NCBI RefSeq assembly: GCF_032444005.1
Contig: NC_091288.1
Location: 172,732,001-172,796,000 of the forward strand
DNA length: 64,000 nt
Direction of reading: 5' to 3'
DNA from: Ranitomeya imitator
Lineage: Eukaryota
Position numbers and translations under genes: made by a program. The notes under the pieces were generated by a model. That model was not told the DNA's origin. It saw only the letters and a list, made by a program, of their open reading frames with translations, and ran no database searches. Positions 25,331 through 38,481 of the stretch are shown piece after piece. Every line of letters starts with the position of its first letter. Position 1 is the stretch's first letter.

Positions 25331-26909
25331 TTCTCATATTGATATGAAAACATGGTGTTTCTCATCTCAGTGGATTTCTGGGGCATTTAGTTCTAATTCT
25401 TTGTAGGACTCTATAATATGATAATTGCAATATATTAAGAGAAGAAAAACATTGATGGGAGGAGGAGTGCTTCTTTAATAACTCAATGCCCACATTTAGC
25501 TTTAAATAATAATAATAACAATCTACCTGTTCTTACTGCTATGTGCAAGTAGCTCTCAAAGTAGTTGAGTATTATAAAAGTAAAAGACGGGCATCTCTAT
25601 AAAAAAGAAGAAATGGTAAAGCCCTTAACAGTGAAAGGCCAACTCTTGAAACCCTAGCATCTATTTTATGTGTCAGAATAATAAATGTTATTATCTTTAA
25701 AGGAAAAAAAAAATCTAGTGTCTCAAGACAAACATAGATATTAAGTGCAGCGTTACTGCACATGAGACTCTTGACTTTAGCAGATACTGTTATTATGAGC
25801 TTTGGGGGATGAGTATAGACTTTATTTGCAATTGTTTAGTGTCTTATAACTTTTATTGTGAGTCATTTCTCAAAGAAAGAGTCGTTTCCCAATTCAGTGT
25901 CATTGTTCATGGGAACTCTACATCCCACACCTGCTTTTTGCTTTCCGAAGAAAAGATATTCAGGTTAATTCTGTAGAGATGAAGCTTAACTTAAAGGCTA
26001 GAAACCGAATTTTGAATCATGAGAACAATGGAGGATTTAATTTGACATCTTCTGATGTTTTATCTGATTGTTGTATTCAACCCTAGACTTAAATATACTT
26101 AAATGTCTACAGTGAAAGTTACTGTCACAGGAGACGATCACAGTATGCGCCATACTTGCTGCTGAGTTTTCCGCATCCTTCTTGTGGCATTTCTGGAGTA
26201 ACAAATGCAGATTTTAGTTATACATGCAATTTATTCTGCACAAAGTATTGACATGGTGTGGATTTTTAAATCTGCACAGCAATTTCATTTCTGAAATGTG
26301 TGAATGAGATTTGTCGATTAGTTTCGATGAGTGGCGTAATCCACTTAGATGGTGATTTATTATGATGTCGATTTTCGGCAAACAAATCCTCGCAAAAATC
26401 TGTAATAAATAAATATGTAATGTGTAAACATAAGTCTAAAGAAATGAACTGGAGTATGTAAGTTGGTATGCATGCAACGTGTAGGCGTATGTTCACATAA
26501 AACATAACATAGAGCTCCCCATAGACTTTAGATAACTGTCAGCAGAACCATTGTCCGGCTGTCCGCATTCTTGCCCGACTCTCCCATACACATGAGCACT
26601 TGCTCCACTGAGCACTCTTGTGTTCTCCATGAGAAAGCCATTACCAGACTCCTCTGATGGCAGCCTATGTCATGGAAAACGAAAAGATTGGCAGTATGAA
26701 ATCAGAGATGCTTGATTCTTATGCCCCTCAACATCCCCTGTCATGGGGAGAGTCGGGGGGGGGGCCTCCACGTACATTAGACTGCCCCACCGAACCTGGC
26801 TATATCGGTGGGTTCGTCCGACGCTAGTCTAATGTCTGTTTGTATAACACTTTTTTCATATAGAAAGGGAATTTAAATTGTGAACCCCAATGGTGACAGT
26901 GATATTAGC

Positions 26910-27135
26910 TAGAGTTGAGCGAATATGTTCGGAATCGGTCACTGAATCTGAATTTGCCATATTCGTGCCGTATTGATATCCTATTTGTGCCAAACTTATG
27001 TTTGATGATCGGTTCCGAACATATTCGTTCATTTCTACTCCCATTGACTCCAACGACGTTCAACAAATATTGCAAAAACAATATTCGATGCCGATCATAA
27101 TCGGAACCGAATTTCGAAAAATTCGCTCAACTCCA
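26910..27135. mobile_element. hAT MITE, same family as 2522-2734
   Basis: TAGAGTTGAGCGAA…TTCGCTCAACTCCA; shared internal CCATTGACT motif; TSD degraded (ATATTAGC/ATGTTAAT). Confidence 0.8.
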
Positions 27136-29006
27136 ATGTTAATGTTTGAGGTTATGATGGCATTATATAAGCAAAGTGTAATAAATAGTTTGCTCAAGAC
27201 TACTTGCAATGGTTGCTTCATTTTAGATGCATTAGAGCAATGAAAAAGAGGTTGACAATAAACATATCGTCTATAGATTTGCTTAGAAAACGTAGTTTAT
27301 AGCTTCCACGGTAATTCAATGATTTTGTATCTCATGCTTCCCATGTGACTTGTCTTAAGTTTTTGATGACATTTAATCTTGGGCGAGAATGTTCAACATA
27401 TTATACCGTTCTATGGCAAACAGTTGACATATATGAATTGTATAAGACATTTCAAGGCAAAAATTCCATAGTGTTTGACAATGTTATTTCTATGGAACAG
27501 GATAATAGCTGAACTTTTAAACGTGACATTTGCCGGATTTTTCTGGCCTTTTATTGGGCAATATTTGTAGAAAGTTTATGTTTTATTTTAGTTCCTTAAG
27601 TGATAAAAAACAAGACTCCCTTAGTCCTTTCCTCTCCAACTTTGTCACTTGCTTGTAATATTAATTTTTATAGTGATCTTAGCGTGAGTGTGAATGCTGG
27701 CATCATAGGTGACATTTCCATGCCCGCTCTCTACTAGATTATGTTATTTGCTGGCTGGTTGAATCTATCACGCCTATTGATGTTCTCTTATTCACTGGGA
27801 CTTTAGATAATCGTTCTTGGGCTGTAAACAGAATAAGAATTTATACAGGACCAAATGTGGAAAAGAGAGGATATTGCAACTCTTTCCTTACCTCTGTGCT
27901 CTGAAACATACAATTTATTTTTGGTGAATTTAACTCCATCCTGGCTTGGCGATTTTCCATTTTTGCACTTTTGTTTTTTCCTCCCCTTCTCCAAGAACCA
28001 ATACTTTTCATTTTTTTTCCATCAACAGAGCCCTTTGAGGACTTATTTTTTACGGGTTTACAGGTCGAGTTGTAATTTTGAACAACACAATTACTTTTAC
28101 CATACATTGTATTGAAAAAAGGGAAAACAAATTCCAAGTGCTGTGAAACTAAAAAAATCCCAACAACCTTGAAATTGTTTTTTGGGGGTTTTGTTTTTAT
28201 GGAAGATCATTACAATTACGGCAGTACAAGGTGATAAAAACGGTTAGGAAATTTGTAAAAATAAAAAAAAATTGTTTGTGTCGTTATCTTATGAGACGTG
28301 TAACATTTTTCTTTTTCTTTTAGCTGAGTGAGAGCTTGTTTATTACACTTTTTCATGGATACAATTTGGGGTAGATATGATGTTTTGACCTCTTATTAAT
28401 GCATTTTTTATACCGTGACTGAAAGACCACAATTCTGATATATCATTTTTTTATCTTTACGGTGTTTACTGATCAGGTTATCTAATTTTGCATTGCGATA
28501 GTTCATATTTTTACAAATAAAGCAATACTATACAGTATGTGTTATTTTTATTTTATTTTTATTTTTAATTAAGGAAAAGGGAAGTTAATTGGGCTTGAAC
28601 CTGAGATCATCTATTGACCTGTTCTATATGCTGCAGTCCCCGGGTGCTGTGATAACCTATCTGACACTCATGATCTCGTGGTGGCAGATTGAGGCCAATG
28701 CATGTGCGCACTGGCAATAGCACTGTTTGAATGCCGCTGGCAGTAACTTAAAATGGTTAAACTGCAGCTATCAAAGCTGTTGTTAGAGGAAGAGGTTGAT
28801 TGTGTATCACAGCTGGCACCTACCGGGTTTCATAGTTTCAAAATTTTTAAGGTTGAAGATAGACATAAATCCATCCAGTTCAATCTATAGCCTAACATTA
28901 ATCCATATGAAGGTTAAAACCCCATAAGGCAGAAGCTAATTGTCCAATATTAGGAAACAAATTCCTTCCCGACTCCACAAACGGATCAATATCATCCCAT
29001 TACAAA

Positions 29007-29309
29007 TAGTGATGAGCGAGTATACTCATTGCTCGGGTTTTCCTGAGCACGCTCGGGTGATCTCCGAGTATTTGTTAGTGCTCGGAGATTTGCTTTTCAT
29101 CGCCTCAGCTGCATGATTTACGGCTGCTTGACAGCCTGAACATATGTGGGAGTTCCCAAACAAACAGGCATTCCTCACATGTACTCAGCCTGTCTAGCAG
29201 CCGTAAATCATGCAACGAAAACTAAATCTCCGAGCAATCAGAAATACTCGGAGACCACGCGAGCGTGCTCGGGAAAAGCCCGAGCAACAAGTATACTCGC
29301 TCATCTCTC
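29007..29309. mobile_element. Palindromic hAT MITE
   Basis: TAGTGATGAGCGAGTATACTC…GTATACTCGCTCATCTCT; long internal inverted arms; TSD ATTACAAA/CTTCCAAA (6 of 8). Confidence 0.85.
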
Positions 29310-29394
29310 CTTCCAAATATTATCTGCATGTGAATCTGCACCCTACTACTCATCTGTCTCCACACCCTCCATGCACATAACTGCATTTGATACT

Positions 29395-29670
29395 TGACTA
29401 TTGCACTTAAACACACGGGCTGATGACCAGATCATGCAGCTTTATATGAAAATCCCTAATTTATTATAATTGCCAGACCTGAAATAACAAGCACTTTTCA
29501 CCTATTGTGTCCCCCCCATTTCCTTGTAGATTGTAAGCTTGCGAGCAGGGACCTCACCCCTAATGTCACTGGTTAAATTGTCTTAACTTGTACTGAATTT
29601 ATTGTCTGTACATGTCCCCGCTTATTGTAAAGTGCTGCGGAATTTGTTGGCGCTATATAAATAAAAATTA
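29395..29670 (+). mobile_element. L2 3'-end fragment
   Basis: …TTGTAAAGTGCTGCGGAATTTGTTGGCGCTATATAAATAAA matches the tail at 4710-4752. Confidence 0.85.
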
Positions 29671-30761
29671 CAAAATCAATTACCCATAACCTGTAATATT
29701 ATATTTGTAATGAAACGCATCCAGGCCCTCCTTGAAACTTTTGTATTAAATCACCTATTACAACATCTTGTGACAGAAAGTTCCATTGTCTCATTTCTCT
29801 TACAGTAAAGAATCTGCATATGTGATGATTAAACCTTCTTTATTCTGAATGTAGACCATGTTACCATTACAGGCTTGTTATAAAAAGATACTTAGAAAGA
29901 TCTCTTTTCTGTCCAATAATAACCTTGGTTGCTTTTCTCAAGCTCAAGCCCTTCTAACTTTGGTTGCATCTACTCAAGTTCAGTTATGTCTTCCTTATAG
30001 ACTGGAGACCAAAATTGTACACAGTATTCTAACTGTGGACGCACTAGTGACTTGTATAGAGGCAAAATCACATTCTTGTCATGGGATGCCTCTTTTAATG
30101 CATCCCATGATTTTATTTGCCTTGGAAGCAGCTGCCTGGCACTGGTCATTAAAGTTGAGTTTGCAATCCACCCATACGCTCAAGTCTTTTTCAGTGACAG
30201 TTTTACCCAGTGTTCTACAATTCAGCACAAAATTATACACTTAATTTCCTCTGCAAAAGAGAGCATAGCCATGCATTAATCTACATTAAACTTCTATTGC
30301 CATTTCTCAACTCAAGCCTCCAGCTTATACAAATAATCCTGTAACATTAAATTATCCTCCTCTGTGTTTACTACCTTGAAGAGTTTAGTATAATCTGAAA
30401 TATTGCAAATTGGCTCTTCTGAGAGGCATATTTGCATATGTAATTTTCCAGAAAAGCATTGCAAGGCTTATAAGCCTCCTCACCTTGGCATGCCAGGGTA
30501 GGCATGTCACTCTTCACAAGGATGGACATTACCCCTTAGATCCCACTGAAAATATTGAAATTCTATATGCCCTGTTTAAGGTCATTAATAAGTATGATAA
30601 AAAGAAGAGGGCACAATACTGACCCCTGTGGTACCCCACTAACATAGTAACATAGTAACATAGTTAGTAAGGCCGAAAAAAGACATTTGTCCATCCAGTT
30701 CAGCCTATATTCCATCATAATAAATCCCCAGATCTACGTCCTTCTACAGAACCTAATAATT

Positions 30762-31479
30762 TTATTTATCCAAAATATGATCCAACTATAATTTGTGCTA
30801 TAAGCTAACTATCCATTCCGTCCATATCACATATAACTGTTAACCAGTAGTGACACAGAAAAGCACAACCATCATTATTTAACCCAATAAAATCATTTTT
30901 ATTAAACAATTGAAAACATACATCATTAAAAATAAGACAAAAAAACAGTCCACACTTCTTCAGGGGGCGAAGAAGAAGTGTGGACGAAACGTGCGTCGGG
31001 TTAGAGTGACCGGACACTCTTCCTTACACTCAGCAGTAAGTATTGTGTTTTCTTACTGCCGCCCGGCAATATATCAATATTTAGTTCATTCAATTAGGAG
31101 AACAACACTTAGAATTTTGGAGGTTATTGTCGCAGCGGTGGTTATCTTACTTTACATGTAGCAGACATGGGCGGGTAATACCCTATTATAATGTGGATTT
31201 CTTGTAGTCAATACCACGGATACCTAAGAGGGTGATTTGATTCCAGCGCCCAGCTGAGTAGTTTGAAGCTTACTGTTGTATAAATACATGCTGTGTGGTT
31301 TATGAGTTGAGTAGTTCATAGGTCCCTCACATTTGAGATACCTGTTTTTTTGTCTTATTTTTAATGATGTATGTTTTCAATTGTTTAATAAAAATGATTT
31401 TATTGGGTTAAATAATGATGGTTGTGCTTTTCTGTGTCACTACTGGTTAACAGTTATATGTGATATGGACGGAATGGAT
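30762..31479. mobile_element. Penelope-like insertion with inverted arms
   Basis: 14-bp TSD AGAACCTAATAATT at 30748-30761 and 31480-31493; 30809-30947 is the reverse complement of 31343-31481; hammerhead-like motif at the inversion junction. Confidence 0.75.
30945..31002. ncRNA. Hammerhead-like motif split across the inversion junction
   Basis: The inverted arm gives CCCC-CTGAAGA-AGTGTGGAC and the forward arm gives GAAGAAGTGTGGAC-GAAAC-GTGC-GTC-GGG. Together they reconstruct a minimal type I hammerhead. Confidence 0.55.
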
Positions 31480-31757
31480 AGAACCTAATAATTGTATGAT
31501 ACAATATTGTTCTGCTCCAGGAAGACATCCAGGCCTCTCTTGAACCCCTCGACTGAGTTCGCCATCACCACCTCCTCAGGCAAGCAATTCCAGATTCTCA
31601 CTGCCCTAACAGTAAAGAATCCTTTTCTATGTTGGTGGAAAAACCTTCTCTCCTCCAGACGCAAAGAATGCCCCCTTGTGCCCGTCACCTTCCTTGGTAT
31701 AGGAAGGATAGATGCCCTGCTTAAAAACCAGTGTCATACAATGACAGCGGTATTCAA

Positions 31758-32590
31758 CCCCTTCACGACCTTGAGATTTTCCATTTTTGCATTTTCATTT
31801 TTTTCTCCCCTTCTTCCCAGAGCCATAACTTTTTTATTTTTCCATCAATATGGCAGTTTGAAGGCTTTTTTGGGGGGAACGAGATGCACTTTTGAATGAC
31901 ACCATTGACTTTACCATATAGTGTACTGGAAAACAGGAAAATAAATTCCAAGTGCGGCAAAATTACAAAAAAGTGCAATTCCACATTTTGTTTTACTTTG
32001 CTCTCTAAATGTGAAAAGTAACTTGCCATTATGATTCTCCAAATCATTATGAGTTTGCAGATACCAAACATGTATAGGTTTTTTTTAATTTAAGCAGTGA
32101 AAATTAAAATTCCAAAGTTTGTATAAAAAGCAAAATAAATGGTGCCATTTCTTAGACCTGTAGCATCTCCATTTTTCAGGATCTGGGGCTGGATGAGGGC
32201 TTATTTTTTGCATGCCGAGCTGGCTTTTTTATTGATACCATTTTAATTGTCTGTTATTGCATTTCATTGCAATCTTGAGAGAGCCAAAAATATGTAATTT
32301 TGGCAGTTTGATTTTTTGTCAATGTGCTGTTTTTATATTTACATAAATCGGGCGTTTCTGAATGCAGCGATAGCAAATATGTGTATTTTTAATTTTTTTA
32401 TTGTTTTAATTTGAATGAGGCAAAAGGGAGGCATTTGAACTTTTATTTTTTTATATTTTTAAAAACCTTTTTTTCTACTTTTTTTTTACTTGTTAGTTTC
32501 TTTAGGAAACTTGATGCTGTGATCTTTTGATCCCCTCTGCTACACATAGCAGGGCTTCAACCCTGCTATGTGTAGTATAAATCATCATCT
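31758..32590. mobile_element. TTAA-CCC (piggyBac-like) non-autonomous fragment
   Basis: TCAA|CCCCTTCACGACC start; internal sequence resembles 27940-28560. Confidence 0.5.
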
Positions 32591-33758
32591 TCAGTGATTA
32601 TTTAATACAATTTCTTACTAATTTTTGCATGCAGGTTGTCTTATCCTTTTTTTTAACGCAAAGAAGAGTCCTAGCCACCAAATATGTCACATAATAGTAT
32701 GCAATGAAAAAGCACCATGACGCCTGCTCAGGAAGAAATTATATTAGTCATGTAAAGAACTTGTTCTTATGAAAAAATTATAATTCATACAGATGACACT
32801 TCTCCTAATTTTACAAAAGTAGTGAAACATGTGACTACAAAAAACTAAAAATACAGTAGATGTATAATGGCAGCATCCCTCTGACAAATATAGTAATATC
32901 TGAGAAAGTTTAGATGTTCTTTATTATTCACTTATCTCTTTGTCAAACTGTTATATGAATGTTGTAGTCTTTTTCGTATCGGTCTCAATCAACCTTTCCA
33001 TAAGTAAGAAAATTCATGCTAAAGAATGGACTCCCTACCAGTTCTAATACAGCCGGCTAGTTAATTTAGCTTACAAGAGTGAGCGTATGCCTGTTTCGAT
33101 TTTGGTAATTGATTGATGTGTCTTGTTTGTTAACTTTAATTTAAAAAATTCAATACGAGCTTATCGATTTTTCAAAAAGAAAGATTTGAAGATAACTGAT
33201 TTGGAGTCAACAAAATAAATGAATCAGTTAAGAGAAGAAGAATCCTCGTCGCTTTCAATTTAAGCCCCATCCCAAATTATGAAACTTTGCCATGACTGCA
33301 GATTACCAACATACACAATGCTGACTGAATAATACCACTATACAAGAGCAAAATCATTCACCACACCATGACCATTTATTATGTTATGTGCCCTAACACA
33401 GTGTCTGAATATTACCCTCATCCTATTATTGAACAAAGCCCACTCCAATGAGATAAATAGACCATTTATACCACATACAAAGGAGAAATAAAAACCCTTC
33501 CTGACCACAAACTACTACCCATATAATATTACCATAGCTATAAAAAAAACCACATGATTAAGACCAATATTGTCCCCATACCTTGACCATCTAGTGATCG
33601 ATACCAGTTATATACAGGCGATATGTATCTAGTATAAGTGTATACAGTAGAGGTAAATCCAGTGACTTCTTCCAGCCAAGACTTGTCACATCTCTAACTG
33701 ATTATTTCTAAAGCACCTGCCCCACTAATAACACCAGTTCTACACATATTAATATATA

Positions 33759-33836
33759 CAGTGCGAAAGTATTCGGCTCCCTGGAACTTTTCAACCTTTT
33801 CCCACATATCATGCTTCAAACATAAAGATACCAAAT
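33759..33836 (+). mobile_element. Tc1 left-TIR fragment, same family as 50118
   Basis: TA|CAGTGCGAAAGTATTCGGCTCCCTGGAACTTTTCAACC…GATACCAAAT is nearly identical to 50118-50200. Confidence 0.9.
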
Positions 33837-35922
33837 TCACTATAAGATAGAATTTACAATAGATATCACTTATGTAATCTAAGAAGTAAGTGAAATCTTT
33901 GGCATTGTACTATACCTATATTTCTCTGCCATATCTGGGCATCATGAATCGTGTTAAGACTCTTTTGCCCAAGGCCTACAAAAACCTGGAGCATGCCCTT
34001 CCTGCGACTGCTAGGCTTTTGGAAAGAGAGAGTTCAGCCTTGGTTGGTTTCATCATCTTTGTTTCTGCACCGACTCCCATAAGAATTTCAGACATCTGAC
34101 TTAGAACATCGCATAGCACTTGGACCAGTGTTATTCTATGGCGCAGTTCAGATCTGCGATTCGGCAATGATAAGACAATTACAGCATGCTGCAATTGCAT
34201 CCGAGAATCAGATCGCGCTCACCCATACAAGTCCATGGATGCGTGTCAAACACCAGACTATACTTTGATGTCATCGGAGTGCAGTACAATTATAGCAGAT
34301 GCCAGGTAATGGTGGAGATGGAGAAATTACTTTCTCTGTCTCCTTCGCACCTGTGTGAGATAATTAGATCACAGTGCACTGACGCTTGGCTCAAGTTCTG
34401 ACAGAGTTTGAGCTGCGTGTCATTTGCATAATCGGCCCGATTCTTTTGCACGAGACACCATATGTTCATGTGACTGCAGCCTTACTGTCATAAAAGGAAA
34501 AATCAGGCACCACAATGGAAGAAACCAAAACACAACTAAAAAGATCATGAAAAAATCTAAAATGTGGGGAATAGAGAGCACAATAGGGCGTTACCCTATA
34601 CATGGAGACTAGGTAAGCGTTTGTCTAGCTCTCATCTGGTGACAGGCACAATTACTATGTAGGCATGAATTAAAACAGCTGCTTCTGCCCTGTGGCTGGT
34701 GGATAGATCCTCCAGAAAATACTGGATACTATGAATAAGAAAACCTTAATATTATCATTGTTGAATAATTGGTTTACTCCAAAAGCACAGCCCATCTAAC
34801 GTGTTTTATCCAACTGGATCCACTAAAAAGATCATAAGTAGAGTTGAGCGACCTTGACCTTTTTAGAGTCGAGCCGGGTTTTGCGAAACCCGACTATGTC
34901 CAAAGTCGGGTCGAGTGAAATCGGCCGATTATGACGTAAAGTCGGGATCGACCGAAACACGAAACCCAATGCAAGTCAATGGGGCAGCATAGTCGGCAGT
35001 GAGTGGGGGCCAGGAAAACACCTAGAGTGGCCATTTTAATGTCAAAACCATCCATTCTTCTTAATGAAGCTTGTCAAGCGTAATTTACCTTATAATAATT
35101 GGAAGGCATTTGAAATTGGGGGTCATTTGGCTAAAGTTGTGGGGGGTAGGGCTGGTTCAAGTAATTAGTGGGCCCAGGAAATCTGGACCACGTCACGGCA
35201 GTGGAGCAGGGAGAGGTAAGTATTTCAACTTTGCAAGTGCTGTGAACCTGAGCAAGCAGGGGGGGCCCACTCGTTGGCATTGGCACTGGCACAGGGCCCC
35301 TCAAAGTACAGCGGTGTGTTTGCACGGCGGGGGCGCCTCCCACCGGCAGCAACACTTTTGCGTACTATGAGAGGCCCTGTGCCAGTGACGTCGCCAACTA
35401 GTATTCCTCCCCCCACCTGATGAAGGAACCTGCACTTTCATCTGCACCTTCCTCTTTGTCCCCGTGTAAGGTGGTATGGTATGCGGGAAGAGCAACCTGA
35501 CTTTCAGCAGGGTCACAATGTTGTTGTGTAGCGTGCACGGGGAATGTTGCGTTATGGGTCAATGTACCAGCAGACTCATCTATCACTGGCTGGGCAATGG
35601 GCACGATGAAGTGGAAACACAGATATAGGCCCAAAGAAGAAAGTGGGCTAAATGCAGTTCAAAATTGGTAACACAGGAATAACCAGGGGGCATTGCAGTG
35701 GAGGACAACTGGAATGAGAGGCTGACACAGAGAGTAGGGCCAAATCAGTAAGTAGTCGAAATGCAGTTCAAAATTGGCAACCGTAGTAAACAGGCGGCAC
35801 AGCTTTGTTCAGTGGAGGAGAACAGCAAGGAGTGGCAGACACCGATAGTAGGCCCCAAACCAACTAGTACGCCAAATGCAGTTGTTCCATTTAACCACAA
35901 TTTAATGAGAGCCTGAAGATAG

Positions 35923-38028
35923 AAGCTCAGGAAAGGCAACCTGGGGAACACCTTGGAGTGTAACACACCATCTCTCTCCACCCCATACCCATTTTGTATG
36001 GCCTAATGCAGTGTACTTTTCTACAACTACTAAACGAGAGTCGGAAGACCGAAGCAATGGCAAGGAAACCTGGGGAACACCTTAGAGTGTAACACACCCT
36101 CTCTCTACACCCCATACCCAATTTGAAGGTCTAATGCAGTGTAGTTTCCAAGAACTACTAAACGAGAGCCGGAAGATCGAAGCTCAGGAAAGGCAACCTG
36201 GGGAACACCTTGGAGTGTAACACACCCTCTCGCTACACCCCATACCCAATTTGAAGGCCTAATGCAGCGTAGTTTCCGACAACTACTAAACGAGAGCCGG
36301 AATATCGAAGCTCAGGAAAGGCAACCTGGGGAACACCTTGGAGTGTAACACACCCTCTCTCTACACCCCATACCCAATTTGTAGGCCTAATGCAGCGTAG
36401 TTTCCGACAACTACTAAACGAGAGCCGGAATATCGAAGCTCAGGAAAGGCAACCTGGGGAACACCTTGGAGTGTAACACACCCTCTCTCTACACCCCATA
36501 CCCAATTTGAAGGCCTAATGCAGTGTAGTTTCCAAGAACTACTAAACGAGAGCCGGAAGATCGAAGCTCAGGAAAGGCAACCTGGGGAACACCTTGGAGT
36601 GTAACACACCCTCTCGCTACACCCCATACCCAATTTGAAGGCCTAATGCAGCGTAGTTTCCAACAACTACTAAACGAGAGCCGGAAGATCGAAGCTCAGG
36701 AAAGGCAACCTGGGGAACACCTTGGAGTGTAACAAACCCTCTCTCTACACCCCATACCCAATTTGTAGGCCTAATGCAGCGTAGTTTCCGACAACTACTA
36801 AACGAGAGCATGAAGATCGAAGCTCAGGAAAGGCAACCTGGGGAACACCTTGGAGTGTAACACACCCTCTCTCTACACCCCATACCCAATTTGTAGGCCT
36901 AATGCAGCGTAGTTTCCGACAACTACTAAACGAGAGCCGGAATATCGAAGCTCAGGAAAGGCAACCTGGGGAACACCTTGGAGTGTAACACACCCTCTCT
37001 CTACACCCCATACCCAATTTGAAGGCCTAATGCAGTGTAGTTTCCAAGAACTACTAAACGAGAGCCGGAAGATCGAAGCTCAGGAAAGGCAACCTGGGGA
37101 ACACCTTGGAGTGTAACACACCCTCTCACTACACCCCATACCCAATTTGAAGGCCTAATGCAGCGTAGTTTCCAACAACTACTAAACGAGAGCCGGAAGA
37201 TCGAAGCTCAGGAAAGGCAACCTGGGGAACACCTTGGAGTGTAACAAACCCTCTCTCTACACCCCATACCCAATTTGTAGGCCTAATGCAGCGTAGTTTC
37301 CGACAACTACTAAACGAGAGCATGAAGATCGAAGCTCAGGAAAGGCAACCTGGGGAACACCTTGGAGTGTAACACACCCTCTCTCTACACCCCATACCCA
37401 ATTTGTAGGCCTAATGCAGCGTAGTTTCCGACAACTACTAAACGAGAGCCGGAATATCGAAGCTCAGGAAAGGCAACCTGGGGAACACCTTGGAGTGTAA
37501 CACACCCTCTCTCTACGCCCCATACCCAATTTGTAGGCCTAATGCAGCGTAGTTTCCGACAACTACTAAACGAGAGCCGGAATATCGAAGCTCAGGAAAG
37601 GCAACCTGGGGAACACCTTGGAGTGTAACACACCCTCTCTCTACACCCCATACCCAATTTGAAGGCCTAATGCAGTGTAGTTTCCAAGAACTACTAAACG
37701 AGAGCCGGAAGATCGAAGCTCAGGAAAGGCAACCTGGGGAACACCTTGGAGTGTAACACACCCTCTCGCTACACCCCATACCCAATTTGAAGGCCTAATG
37801 CAGCGTAGTTTCCAACAACTACTAAACGAGAGCCGGAAGATCGAAGCTCAGGAAAGGCAACCTGGGGAACACCTTGGAGTGGAACACACCATCTCTCTAC
37901 ACCCCATACCCAATTTGAAGGCCTAATGCAGAGTAGTTTCCAAGAACTACTAAACGAGAGCCGGAAGATCGAAGCTCAGGAAAGGCAACCTGGGGAACAC
38001 CTTGGAGTGTAACACAACGTCTCTCTAC
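35923..38028. repeat. 128-bp tandem array, about 16.5 copies, inside the hAT
   Basis: GAAGCTCAGG recurs at 36179, 36307, 36435 … 37971; identical ORFs at 36617 and 37129 show a 512-bp (4-unit) higher-order repeat. Confidence 0.97.
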
Positions 38029-38481
38029 ACGACGGAAGGGCTGATTCTTAGGAAGGAAGGCTGTTGGAAATAAGCATTGCGCGTCCGAGGGTGATTATAT
38101 TCTTATTAGGTATATACTCACCCTCGGACGCGCCCTGCTTCTTTATTTGGAATGAATGTTTATTTGCAATGTGGTGTTGACTTTCTCTATTATTTTGGTA
38201 ATTAATGATTTTATTATTTTCATTATTTTGCATCTTCTCGGCAATAATATAAAGAAGACGCGACAGGACAACACTCGGTGGATGCCATATGTGTGTTTTC
38301 AATTTAAAAAAACTTTCAGTTAACTACTTGCAGGAGAAAGTAATTGTAGCTGGTGGCCATTTTTAGTACTGTACCAGATTTTAGTTGTGTGTTTGTTTTT
38401 AATGTTAAAATGTCTGCATTTGATATCTCACCAGTATTTTCTTTTTTATAAGCAAAATACTTATTTTTATATTTTCTGATG

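Larger units (their letters stand above)
28830..30639 (-). mobile_element. Degenerate CR1 LINE interrupted by a hAT MITE and an L2 fragment
   Basis: Minus strand encodes SGVPQGSVLCPL at the 30640 end, with RT-region remnants downstream and a CR1-type 3' end near 28830. Confidence 0.75.
30640..31705 (-). mobile_element. CR1 3' end with (CTATGTTA)n tail, interrupted by a Penelope-like insertion
   Basis: TAACATAG x3 at 30640; ORF 31485-31688 TRGHSLRLEERRF…RAVRIWNCLP is the CR1 ORF2 C-terminus. Confidence 0.9.

Noticed and set aside
29858-30244. 128-aa plus-strand ORF
   Set aside because: Antisense to the decayed CR1 ORF2.
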